A stretch of DNA of 64,000 nt from an uncultured Thiomicrospira sp. Its GTDB lineage: Bacteria > Pseudomonadota > Gammaproteobacteria > CAKMZV01. Below the pieces are notes generated by a model. It made no database searches, was not told the DNA's origin, and saw only the letters and a program-made list of their open reading frames with translations. Positions 54,058 to 62,423 of the stretch are shown one piece after another. Location: positions 32,001 to 96,000 of the forward strand of contig OZ239628.1 of NCBI GenBank assembly GCA_965195345.1. Reading direction: 5' to 3'. Position 1 is the first letter of the stretch. The number at the start of each line of letters is the position of its first letter. A program made the position numbers and the translations under genes.

Positions 54058-54280
54058 ATCGCTCCATATTAAAAACTACTAAGAATTAAACGTCCTTTTC
54101 GTCCAGTATAACAATTAACTGCAGCAAGTGCTGTTTCTTGGGCTAATGCCCGCTTTAACTTAGATTTGCTAACCCCTTATAAAATAAGGTTTTGCAAGAG
54201 ATTAAAAGAGATAAATTGATCGAATGCTTAATACACCTAAACCATAAATAGTTGTTATGCTAAAACTGTTGCAAAAAAAA

Positions 54281-54319
54281 TCACTCCACAGTAACTGAAT
54301 AAACTGGAACGGCAATTAT
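54281..54319 (-). repeat. left junction: recoded copy of glmS 3' end plus element end arm
   Basis: Minus strand TCA GTT ACT GTG GAG TGA vs glmS TCG GTT ACA GTT GAG TAA (14/18, all differences silent); adjoining arm is an inverted repeat of 55760-55787. Confidence 0.8.
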
Positions 54320-54480
54320 AATTAGACCGTTCTTCTTCCCCCTATTTTAAGACTTTTTTAACTCTACCCTTCTGTAAATCTACAGCTTAAGTAGTGGGTT
54401 TACTTACCAAATCTTTGACAGAGTATCCCTCATCCTTATCGTTCTTATCGTTGTAGACCAACTTGTCCCGAAAAGAAGTT
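54281..54480 (-). pseudogene. decayed 3' fragment of an ORF ending YSVTVE (possibly the element's recombinase)
   Basis: Frame-broken peptides DKLVYNDKNDKDEGYSVKD, VDLQKGRVKK, NRGKKNGLIIIAVPVYSVTVE*; recombinase identity is inference. Confidence 0.4.
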
Positions 54481-54518
54481 CTTAGATATCCTCACTTTCT
54501 AAATCTCTGATACTTGCT

Positions 54519-54733
54519 TGCAGTAAAATGTGGTTGAGGACATTTCTGGGTCAGACTCTGTAATGGGAGAAGTTAGGCAGGGTGAAAGAAAAGGTTCTCA
54601 GTTTCTTGTATGCAGCCGTTACCCGAGATGTCGCTTCACAAAGGATATAAAACAAGAAAGCGGTAGCACTTGGCGTTTCACAATCATTGTTATTTTGATT
54701 ATAATCGGAATCATTTGGTGGGTTTTATACTGA
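54519..54733 (+). pseudogene. topoisomerase-type C4 Zn ribbon + TM helix, N-terminus broken
   Basis: GSQFLVCSRYPRCRFT motif; first Cys pair recoverable as TGC AGT AAA (A) TGT GGT = CSKCG at 54519-54534, followed by TGA. Confidence 0.55.
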
Positions 54734-54734
54734 T

Positions 54735-54881
54735 ATGGAGTTCTTACTGTTATGTTTCGTGGTTGGTGTAATCATCCTCTATCCTAAACCCATAATGAAA
54801 GGTATTTGGGCGACGATAGTGGGGGGAGCAGTAATCTTTGGTGTATCCATTCTTCTGATAATTATAGTCGGTTCTGGTTAA
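54735..54881 (+). CDS. 48-aa two-helix membrane protein (not in ORF track)
   Basis: MEFLLLCFVVGVIILYPKPIMKGIWATIVGGAVIFGVSILLIIIVGSG*; starts 1 nt after the previous stop. Confidence 0.55.
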   Translation: MEFLLLCFVVGVIILYPKPIMKGIWATIVGGAVIFGVSILLIIIVGSG

Positions 54882-54977
54882 TGAGAGTTTGAACGGTGAG
54901 GTGGTGCAAGTGGTGTGATATCGGATAAGCAGAAGTATTAGATAATTAGTATCCAATTGAAATAACGAGGTTTTTAC

Positions 54978-55592
54978 ATGGCGATTGTTTATATTTTAAC
55001 TAATGAAAGTATGTCGGACATTATCAAGATTGGTATCACCGACAACTTGTATAGAAGACTTAAAGACTTAGACAACACATCAACTCCGCTTCCTTTTGAG
55101 TGTTTCTATGCCGTTGAGGTTAATGATGCGAAAGCAATTGAAAATCTTCTCCATGAGGCATTTGACGATAAAAGAATTCGTCAAAATAGGGAGTTCTTCG
55201 ACTGCGCACCAGAACAAGCAAAATCCGCACTAAAAATTGCAGAGAAAATGGGAGGCAGAGATGTAACTCCTAAAGAAATGGTTTTTGAAAATCAGCAAGA
55301 CAAACAAGCATTAGATAATGCAAAGAAACGCAAAGGGAGAGTGGACTACTTTGGAATTCTTGGAATCAATGTAGGGGAGATTCTTACTTTCTCAAAAGAC
55401 AGTTCTATCACTTGTACGGTTAGAGGCAATAAACAAGTTCTTTTCAGAGATGAACTGACAACACTGTCTGGTTCTGCATTAATCATCGTTACTGAGATGG
55501 GTTACAACTGGGCACAAGCCAGAGGTGCGGCATATTGGTGTTATAAGGGCACCACTCTTTTGGATTTATCTCAACAAGCACAAGATGGGTAG
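54978..55592 (+). CDS. GIY-YIG (T5orf172-type) nuclease with RAMA-like C-terminal domain
   Basis: IVYILTN..IKIG.T..L.RR..PLPF..E..LH..NREFF; C-terminal G..L.F..V.F....LS..A..G..YW.Y.G..L..L; SD GAGG. Confidence 0.8.
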   Translation: MAIVYILTNESMSDIIKIGITDNLYRRLKDLDNTSTPLPFECFYAVEVNDAKAIENLLHEAFDDKRIRQNREFFDCAPEQAKSALKIAEKMGGRDVTPKEMVFENQQDKQALDNAKKRKGRVDYFGILGINVGEILTFSKDSSITCTVRGNKQVLFRDELTTLSGSALIIVTEMGYNWAQARGAAYWCYKGTTLLDLSQQAQDG

Positions 55593-55725
55593 AAGCAGAA
55601 GAATATTATTATGCGATACCTAATCTAACAAAGTAATTAATCAAGTCGCGATTGCGTTGCTGCACTTCAGTCCAGTTCCTTGTTGATTAACCTGTGAGTG
55701 GGGTTAAACGAGGAAAAAGTTACTC

Positions 55726-55760
55726 AAAAACAGAGAAACTATTGCCAGTTCTCTGAAAAA
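55726..55760. terminator. bidirectional terminator-like hairpin after glmS (inside the element)
   Basis: CAGAGAAACT/AGTTCTCTG stem with a T5 tract on the minus strand. Confidence 0.6.
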
Positions 55761-55776
55761 TAATCACCGTTCCGAC

Positions 55777-57651
55777 TTACTCAACTGTAACCGATTTTGC
55801 AAGATTACGCGGTTGATCGATGTCCGTTCCTCTAATCAAGGCGACATGATAGGCTAACAATTGCAACGGTATGGCAAAAATAATCGGTGCGGTAATACGC
55901 CCAACACCAGACGTTATTGGAATAACGTTGCTCCATCCGTCTGTCGAAATGTTCGACTTCTCATCTTCAAACACAATGAGATTGCCCCCTCGAGCATGCA
56001 CTTCCTGCAAATTTGACCGCAACTTTGCTAATAACTCATCATGCGGCGCAACCACTATCACCGGTGTGTTTTCATCAACCAACGCAAGTGGTCCGTGCTT
56101 GAGCTCTCCTGCAGGATATGCTTCAGCGTGGATATAGGCTACTTCTTTAATTTTTAATGCGCCTTCCAACGCAACAGGGTACATGCTCCCTCTGCCTAAA
56201 ATAAGCGCGTTGTCAAACTCAGCTATGATAGTCGCTACTTTAGCAATTTCTTTTTCACAATTAAGCACACGTTTTATCAAGCTTGGGAGGTGCCTCAGCC
56301 CTTGTGCTATACGCATTTCTTGATCTTCTTGGATGCGTTTTTGTACTTTCCCTATAACAACAAGTAACAAAGCCAGCGCAACCAATTGTGTTGTGAATGC
56401 CTTGGTTGAGGCAACACCAACCTCAACCCCTGCATGCGTCAAAAAAACCATGTCTGCACTACGTGTGATGGTGGAATCTGGCGTGTTACAAATCGTTAAG
56501 ACGGGAATGTTTTTAATTTTACGTTGCTCATCTATCAGTTCAAGGGCAGCTCTTGTATCTGCCGTTTCTCCAGATTGTGAAACGACTACGTACAAAGTGT
56601 TATTTAAAATAACAGGGTTGCGATAACGAAATTCACTGGCAATTTCAACATTAACAGGAATATCCAAAATATCTTCAAACCAGTATTTGGAAACCATCCC
56701 AGCATAATAACTTGTGCCGCAAGCAAGTACCGTCACTTGTGATATGCTTTTGAGCGTTTCAGGCGCTTGTGCTCCAAAAGCATCCGTAAGAATCGAATCA
56801 CCCACTAAAGCGTTTTGCAAAGTTTGAGTTACTGCATCGGGTTGCTCATATATTTCCTTGAGCATATAGTGCCTGTAATCACCCTTTCCTTCGATATTAC
56901 TAAATACTCTAATCGTTGATATAGTACGTTTTTCATTGATCTCATTTTTGGAGTCAAAAACGTTTTCACCATTCAAATCAAAAATTTGTAAATGTTGTTT
57001 TTCGATGTAAACAATGTCGCCATCTTCGAGGGGTATGTAGCTCTGAGTTACTGGCGTTAAAGCATGCGGATCCGAGGCAATAAAATATTCCCCAATCCCA
57101 ACACCCACCACCAACGGGCTACCGCAACGCACAGCCACTAAGCTATCAGGATGATGCACATCGATAATGCCTAAGGCATACGCGCCCTCAAACATCTTCA
57201 ACGATTCTTGAACACAAGATATGAGACTATTCCCGTTCGCTTCTAAATTGCGATTTAAAACATGTGCGATTACTTCGGTGTCCGTCTCACTGGTAAATAC
57301 TTGCCCCTCCTTCTTCAGCGACTCTCTTAATTCATGGAAATTTTCAAGTATGCCGTTATGTACTACTGCTAATCGACTTCCACTGATGTGAGGGTGCGCA
57401 TTATCTTCAGAAGGCGCGCCATGCGTTGCCCAACGAGTATGGGCTATTCCTGTAGTGGAGGAAGGTTTTTCCTGTTCAATTTTATTAACCAGTGCTTGTA
57501 CTTTTCCTAATGCACGTATCCTTTCCAAAGTGCCATCAGCGATTATAGCAACCCCAGAAGAATCGTAACCTCTGTACTCAAGACGACGTAATCCTTCTAA
57601 TAAAATAGGAACAACATTGCGTTCTGCAACCGCACCAATAATTCCGCACAT
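55777..57651 (-). CDS. glmS: glutamine--fructose-6-phosphate transaminase
   Basis: MCGI, RGYDS, HTRWATHG, SQSGET, ELKHGP, PRNLAKSVTVE. Confidence 0.98.
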   Translation of the reverse strand: MCGIIGAVAERNVVPILLEGLRRLEYRGYDSSGVAIIADGTLERIRALGKVQALVNKIEQEKPSSTTGIAHTRWATHGAPSEDNAHPHISGSRLAVVHNGILENFHELRESLKKEGQVFTSETDTEVIAHVLNRNLEANGNSLISCVQESLKMFEGAYALGIIDVHHPDSLVAVRCGSPLVVGVGIGEYFIASDPHALTPVTQSYIPLEDGDIVYIEKQHLQIFDLNGENVFDSKNEINEKRTISTIRVFSNIEGKGDYRHYMLKEIYEQPDAVTQTLQNALVGDSILTDAFGAQAPETLKSISQVTVLACGTSYYAGMVSKYWFEDILDIPVNVEIASEFRYRNPVILNNTLYVVVSQSGETADTRAALELIDEQRKIKNIPVLTICNTPDSTITRSADMVFLTHAGVEVGVASTKAFTTQLVALALLLVVIGKVQKRIQEDQEMRIAQGLRHLPSLIKRVLNCEKEIAKVATIIAEFDNALILGRGSMYPVALEGALKIKEVAYIHAEAYPAGELKHGPLALVDENTPVIVVAPHDELLAKLRSNLQEVHARGGNLIVFEDEKSNISTDGWSNVIPITSGVGRITAPIIFAIPLQLLAYHVALIRGTDIDQPRNLAKSVTVE

Positions 57652-57718
57652 TTTCAGCTTCTCACCTGTTATTATATTCAGCTACAAATTTTAGCACGAT
57701 GTAAGCATATTTATCCCT

Positions 57719-58720
57719 ATGCAGACCTTTCTTGGCATTGAATCATCTTGTGATGAATCCAGTATCGCCCTTTACTCTAAAGCAAAGGGCTTGCTTGATT
57801 TAAAAGTCTATTCTCAACAAGTACATAGTAAATACGGCGGTGTCGTTCCTGAACTTGCAGCACGAGAACATTCAGTTAAGCTATTGCCTTTGCTCCAATC
57901 CTCTTTGAATGATACTGGGCTGGGACTCACTGATATCGATGGAATTGCCTATACTCAGGGGCCAGGTTTACCAGGTGCATTGCTTTGTGGAGCGGCTTTT
58001 GCTCAATCCTTGGCTTGGTCATTGAACATTCCAGCCATCGGCGTCCACCATATGGAAGGGCATTTATTGTCTCCGCTGATTGATCAAAACATTACTTTGC
58101 AATTTCCATTCTTGTGTTTACTGGTTTCTGGAGGACACACTTTAATAGCTAAAGTGCACGCTATTGGTAATTATGAAATCTTGGGTCAAAGTATTGATGA
58201 TGCGATCGGAGAAGCTTTTGATAAAACAGCGAAACTCTTAGGACTCGGCTACCCCGGAGGAGCTGCACTCGAAACGCTGGCAAAGCAAGGCAACCCAATG
58301 CGCTTTGAACTGCCAAGGCCCATGACGAAAAAACGAACGCTTGACATGAGCTTTAGTGGATTAAAAACGCACGTCCGTAATCTCTGGTTCACGCAAGAAA
58401 AAACAGAGAAAAATAAAGCCGACCTTGCTGCGAGTTTCCAATTAGCAATTACTGATACCCTACAAATTAAAATTCGCCTGTTACTTGAACAACACGCAAG
58501 CAAACAATTGATTTGTGCTGGAGGTGTTGCTGCAAATAAGAGTATTGCTAAAGCCATTAGCGACACGTGTAACAACTTTGGATGTCAAGCGATTTTCCCC
58601 CCTCAACATCTTTGCGGCGATAATGCTGCCATGATTGCTTATGCTGGCTCCATCCGTATTAGTAACGGGCAGACTACGCCCAATCATTTCGATGTTAAAC
58701 CACGCTGGTCATTAGCGTAA
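57719..58720 (+). CDS. tsaD: tRNA t6A37 threonylcarbamoyltransferase
   Basis: GIESSCDE, GGVVPE, HHMEGH, VSGGHT, GGVAAN, DNAAMI. Confidence 0.96.
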   Translation: MQTFLGIESSCDESSIALYSKAKGLLDLKVYSQQVHSKYGGVVPELAAREHSVKLLPLLQSSLNDTGLGLTDIDGIAYTQGPGLPGALLCGAAFAQSLAWSLNIPAIGVHHMEGHLLSPLIDQNITLQFPFLCLLVSGGHTLIAKVHAIGNYEILGQSIDDAIGEAFDKTAKLLGLGYPGGAALETLAKQGNPMRFELPRPMTKKRTLDMSFSGLKTHVRNLWFTQEKTEKNKADLAASFQLAITDTLQIKIRLLLEQHASKQLICAGGVAANKSIAKAISDTCNNFGCQAIFPPQHLCGDNAAMIAYAGSIRISNGQTTPNHFDVKPRWSLA

Positions 58721-58748
58721 TGCACAGGCTCTAATAATAAATCAAAAT

Positions 58749-59270
58749 ATGTCAATAAAAATGTGCGGAAAAATCGCTCTCATTGGTCCGATGGGAGCAG
58801 GGAAATCGTCTATTGCCTCTCCTTTAGCTGCTGCGCTTGGTTGGCAACATATTGATATAGACAGCCTTGTGGTCAAAAATCAGGGAAAAAGCATTTCGCA
58901 AATATTTCAAGAGAACGGAGAAGCGCAGTTTAGATTATATGAATCGGATGCTCTAAAAAATGTTATAGAGTCAAATAACAATATCATCATCGCAACTGGG
59001 GGAGGAATTGTCACGCAAAAGATCAATCTCACGATGCTTGCTAAAATATGGGTCGTGTATTTAAGATGTAATCTCGATACGCTTTATAATCGCGTAAAAT
59101 TCGATGATAGCCGCCCATTACTACAAACAGAAAACCTTTATGAAACGCTCAAAGAAATTGTGGAAGAAAGAGAATCACTCTATAACCAATGCGCCAACCA
59201 AATCATTCACACCGATCAAATGAGCATTCCTCAAATCGTTCACCATATCCAAACATCTATTCATGAATAA
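58749..59270 (+). CDS. aroK: shikimate kinase
   Basis: GPMGAGKS, GE..FR, ATGGG, RPLL. Confidence 0.93.
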   Translation: MSIKMCGKIALIGPMGAGKSSIASPLAAALGWQHIDIDSLVVKNQGKSISQIFQENGEAQFRLYESDALKNVIESNNNIIIATGGGIVTQKINLTMLAKIWVVYLRCNLDTLYNRVKFDDSRPLLQTENLYETLKEIVEERESLYNQCANQIIHTDQMSIPQIVHHIQTSIHE

Positions 59271-60363
59271 CCGCAATGTTACCGTCAATTTAGGCGATCG
59301 TTCCTACCCCATAATAATTGAACAGTCTCTATTAGGTGGTATTGACTGTTCGCCTTATGTTCGGGGACATCAAGTGTGCATCGTCAGTAATTCCCATATT
59401 GCAGAGCTCTATTTACCTGCGGTAGAACAATTATTTTCCAACTACGAAGTGTGCTGCTGTTTCATTGGTGATGGTGAATCATTTAAGTCTCTCGAAAGTG
59501 CTCAAAAAGTGTTTGATGTCCTGATACAAAAACAATTCTCCCGTCAATGCACCATCGTTGCGCTTGGGGGTGGTGTCGTTGGTGACTTGGCAGGGTTTGT
59601 TGCTGCCACGTGGATGCGTGGCGTGTCATTCATTCAAATACCCACTACTTTGCTTGCTCAAGTTGATTCATCCGTTGGTGGTAAAACTGCCGTCAACCAT
59701 GCTCGTGGCAAGAACATGATTGGGGCTTTTCATCAACCAACAGCCGTTTTAGCCGACATTTCGACTTTAGCAACTTTATCCGACCGTCAACTTCGTGCTG
59801 GGTTGGCTGAAGTCATTAAATATGGCTTAATTACTGATTGCAAGTTTTTTGATTGGATTGAAAATAATATCGAAGCGCTTCTCAATAGGGATGCAGGGAC
59901 ACTTGGCTTTGCAATTCAGCGCAGTTGTGAAATTAAAGCATCAATCGTTGCCCAAGATGAGCGCGAGCAGAATGTACGTGCTCTGCTTAATTTAGGGCAC
60001 ACCTTTGGACATGCCATAGAGGCGCATACTGGCTATAGCAGCTGGTTACACGGTGAAGCTATTTCCGCAGGCATGGTCATGGCATGCGATTTATCACGCC
60101 TCTTAGGACACATATCAGCAAGCGATCTGCAACGAATCACCAATCTATTCGTGCACGCGGGACTGCCCGTAAAAGGCCCCAAATCAATGGGAGTTTCACA
60201 CTACTTAGAAAAAATGTCCAACGATAAAAAAGTAATCAATAACTGTATTCGACTCATATTGTTGCAATCAATAGGGCAAGCATTTGTCAGTAATGATTAC
60301 CCTGATGAATTACTTAGGAAGACGATTGAAGATAATACCGGCACACAAGGAAATACACTATGA
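59263..60363 (+). CDS. aroB: 3-dehydroquinate synthase
   Basis: GGGVVGD, PTTLLAQVDSSVGGKT, LNLGHTFGHAIE, HGEA. Confidence 0.97.
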   Translation: MNNRNVTVNLGDRSYPIIIEQSLLGGIDCSPYVRGHQVCIVSNSHIAELYLPAVEQLFSNYEVCCCFIGDGESFKSLESAQKVFDVLIQKQFSRQCTIVALGGGVVGDLAGFVAATWMRGVSFIQIPTTLLAQVDSSVGGKTAVNHARGKNMIGAFHQPTAVLADISTLATLSDRQLRAGLAEVIKYGLITDCKFFDWIENNIEALLNRDAGTLGFAIQRSCEIKASIVAQDEREQNVRALLNLGHTFGHAIEAHTGYSSWLHGEAISAGMVMACDLSRLLGHISASDLQRITNLFVHAGLPVKGPKSMGVSHYLEKMSNDKKVINNCIRLILLQSIGQAFVSNDYPDELLRKTIEDNTGTQGNTL

Positions 60364-61316
60364 CAAAAAATAATTACGAGACAGGACGTTTGAATTTACC
60401 GTTTGTTGGTCATTGTACTTTTGGTAAATACCCAGTTTGTGATATTGAAAATGTTAACGCCGACATTGCCATACTCGGCGCGCCTTTTGATTGCGGAGCG
60501 CAATACAGAGCAGGCGCACGATTTGGGCCAAGAAGTGTTCGTGAAGCCTCCACCTTATTCTCATTTGGACATGCTGGAGCATATGATATGGACGATGATG
60601 TTTTATATCTTGCCGACTCAACACGAATCGTTGACGCTGGCGATGCCGACATCATTCACACTAATACAGATATGAGTCATGAAAATATCAAATATGGTAT
60701 AGAAAAAATTCTTGAAGCAGGCGCTTTACCTATCTTAATAGGCGGAGATCACTCGGTGAACATACCGTCTGTACGCGCATTCGCTAACCACTGTAACGGT
60801 GAGAAAATACACATTGTACAAATTGATGCGCACTTGGATTTTGTTGACGAGCGTCATGGGGTACGTTATGGGCATGGGAATCCTATGAGAAGAGCCATGG
60901 AGCTAGATTATGTCGGTGGCATGACACAAATTGGTATCCGCAATGTCTCCTCTTCAAATCGCAGCGATTACGACGATGCACGCAAGGCAGGATCGCGTAT
61001 TATTTCTTTGCGCGAAGCGCGACGAATAGGCGCACAAGGCGTTATTGATGAAATCCCAAGTAATGTCCCTGTTTATATCACAATTGACATTGATGCTTTT
61101 GATCCTTCTATTGCTCCAGGCACGGGTACTCCTTCACATGGAGGCTTCTATTATTGGGAAGTGTTGGACATTCTTGCACTGCTTTGTAAAAAAAATCGCA
61201 TCATTGGAGCGGATTTGGTTGAGGTTGCGCCTGCCTATGACCCAAGTGATGTTACCTCAACGCTGGCTGCTCAACTGTTGTTAAATTTGATCGCTCGAAT
61301 AATACACAATAAATAA
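60360..61316 (+). CDS. agmatinase-like ureohydrolase (substrate uncertain)
   Basis: GARFGP, GGDHS, DAHLD, DIDAFDP, PGTGTP, DLVEV. Confidence 0.85.
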   Translation: MTKNNYETGRLNLPFVGHCTFGKYPVCDIENVNADIAILGAPFDCGAQYRAGARFGPRSVREASTLFSFGHAGAYDMDDDVLYLADSTRIVDAGDADIIHTNTDMSHENIKYGIEKILEAGALPILIGGDHSVNIPSVRAFANHCNGEKIHIVQIDAHLDFVDERHGVRYGHGNPMRRAMELDYVGGMTQIGIRNVSSSNRSDYDDARKAGSRIISLREARRIGAQGVIDEIPSNVPVYITIDIDAFDPSIAPGTGTPSHGGFYYWEVLDILALLCKKNRIIGADLVEVAPAYDPSDVTSTLAAQLLLNLIARIIHNK

Positions 61317-61374
61317 TAAAGAGCGCGAAAGATGGACAATAGATAGAAGCCAGAAAGTCAAACTTCCACACTAA

Positions 61375-62253
61375 TCAATCACGCTTTGTCTTATAAGAGT
61401 TGATGATTTGGATAGCATTAAAAAGCAGCAATGTTGAAACGATAATTGTGCCTCCAATCAATGCGTGAACAGTTGGTTCTTCTTCCAATACCAACCACAC
61501 CCAAAAAGGGCCAAGCACCGTTTCAACCAGAAGCATCAATCCAACTTCTGGGGTTGGAATGTATTTAGGACCAATAAAAATCATAATATAGCTAATAGGA
61601 ACAACAACGCAAGCCATCAAAATCATCGGCAACCATCCAGATGATTGCAGAACAAGCGTCGGTGCAAAAAATACCGATATAAATGCTAATAAAAGACCCG
61701 CAATTCCTATGGTAGGAATTGCATCGTAATCAGGGTCTGCACGCGCAATATTCAAATTTGCAGCAAAACAAATCGCACCAACCAATGCGCTAAGGTCTCC
61801 TAAAAAAGAAGATTCTTGACCTTCACCAAGGCTCCCCATTCCCACAATACCTACCCCGATAAACGTAAGGAAAAGAACCAATAGTGTTGCAAGACTTAAT
61901 TTGTCTTTGAAAAAAAACCATGAAAACAACGCCGAAAACTTTGGAATAGTCGCCAGTATCACCAAAGCATGTGAGACTAATGTGTTATTAATCGCATAAA
62001 CAAATCCAATCGTTCCTATTACATAAAATACAATGGCAAGGAAGCCTAATTTTCCTGTTGATCGACAGTATTTAATAAAATTACCACGATGTACGATGAC
62101 TAAATACCCAAATAGTAAAATGCCACTGCACAAACCCCTCCAAAATGCGACAGTCCAATGGTGGGCATCCATCATTCGCACAAGCAAGCTATCAGGTGTT
62201 AAGATTAACACACCAATAAAAGTGATTAGTATGCCTTTAAGATAATTGTTCAA
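61375..62253 (-). CDS. DMT/EamA family transporter
   Basis: About 10 TM helices; E..LGP.WVWL..E.P motif. Confidence 0.82.
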   Translation of the reverse strand: MNNYLKGILITFIGVLILTPDSLLVRMMDAHHWTVAFWRGLCSGILLFGYLVIVHRGNFIKYCRSTGKLGFLAIVFYVIGTIGFVYAINNTLVSHALVILATIPKFSALFSWFFFKDKLSLATLLVLFLTFIGVGIVGMGSLGEGQESSFLGDLSALVGAICFAANLNIARADPDYDAIPTIGIAGLLLAFISVFFAPTLVLQSSGWLPMILMACVVVPISYIMIFIGPKYIPTPEVGLMLLVETVLGPFWVWLVLEEEPTVHALIGGTIIVSTLLLFNAIQIINSYKTKRD

Positions 62254-62423
62254 AACGTTTTACTGAAAGTACTATTAAGAGGGTTGATACGTTTGATCGA
62301 TGCTTGTCGCACCATTTTTTGTCGACTATTATACGTGCTATTTAGTAGCATAAATATATTTGCACGTTAAAATAGCCTGTTCTAAAATTAAACATCTTCA
62401 TACCGTTCACAATATATAAAACA

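Larger units (their letters stand above)
54291..55788. mobile_element. decayed integrative element inserted in the glmS Thr codon of SVTVE
   Basis: Shared GTAAC core at both junctions; joined ends form a 28+28 bp imperfect palindrome; nuclease and membrane-protein cargo. Confidence 0.72.

Noticed and set aside
54750-54956. 68-aa minus-strand ORF
   Set aside because: Antisense to the more plausible 48-aa membrane ORF; no motif.
52589-55776. Tn7-like transposon at attTn7
   Set aside because: No tns genes, no TGT...ACA ends at the expected distance from either glmS tail, and no repeated TnsB-type sites. One AACCATAA-like word near 54240 is not enough.
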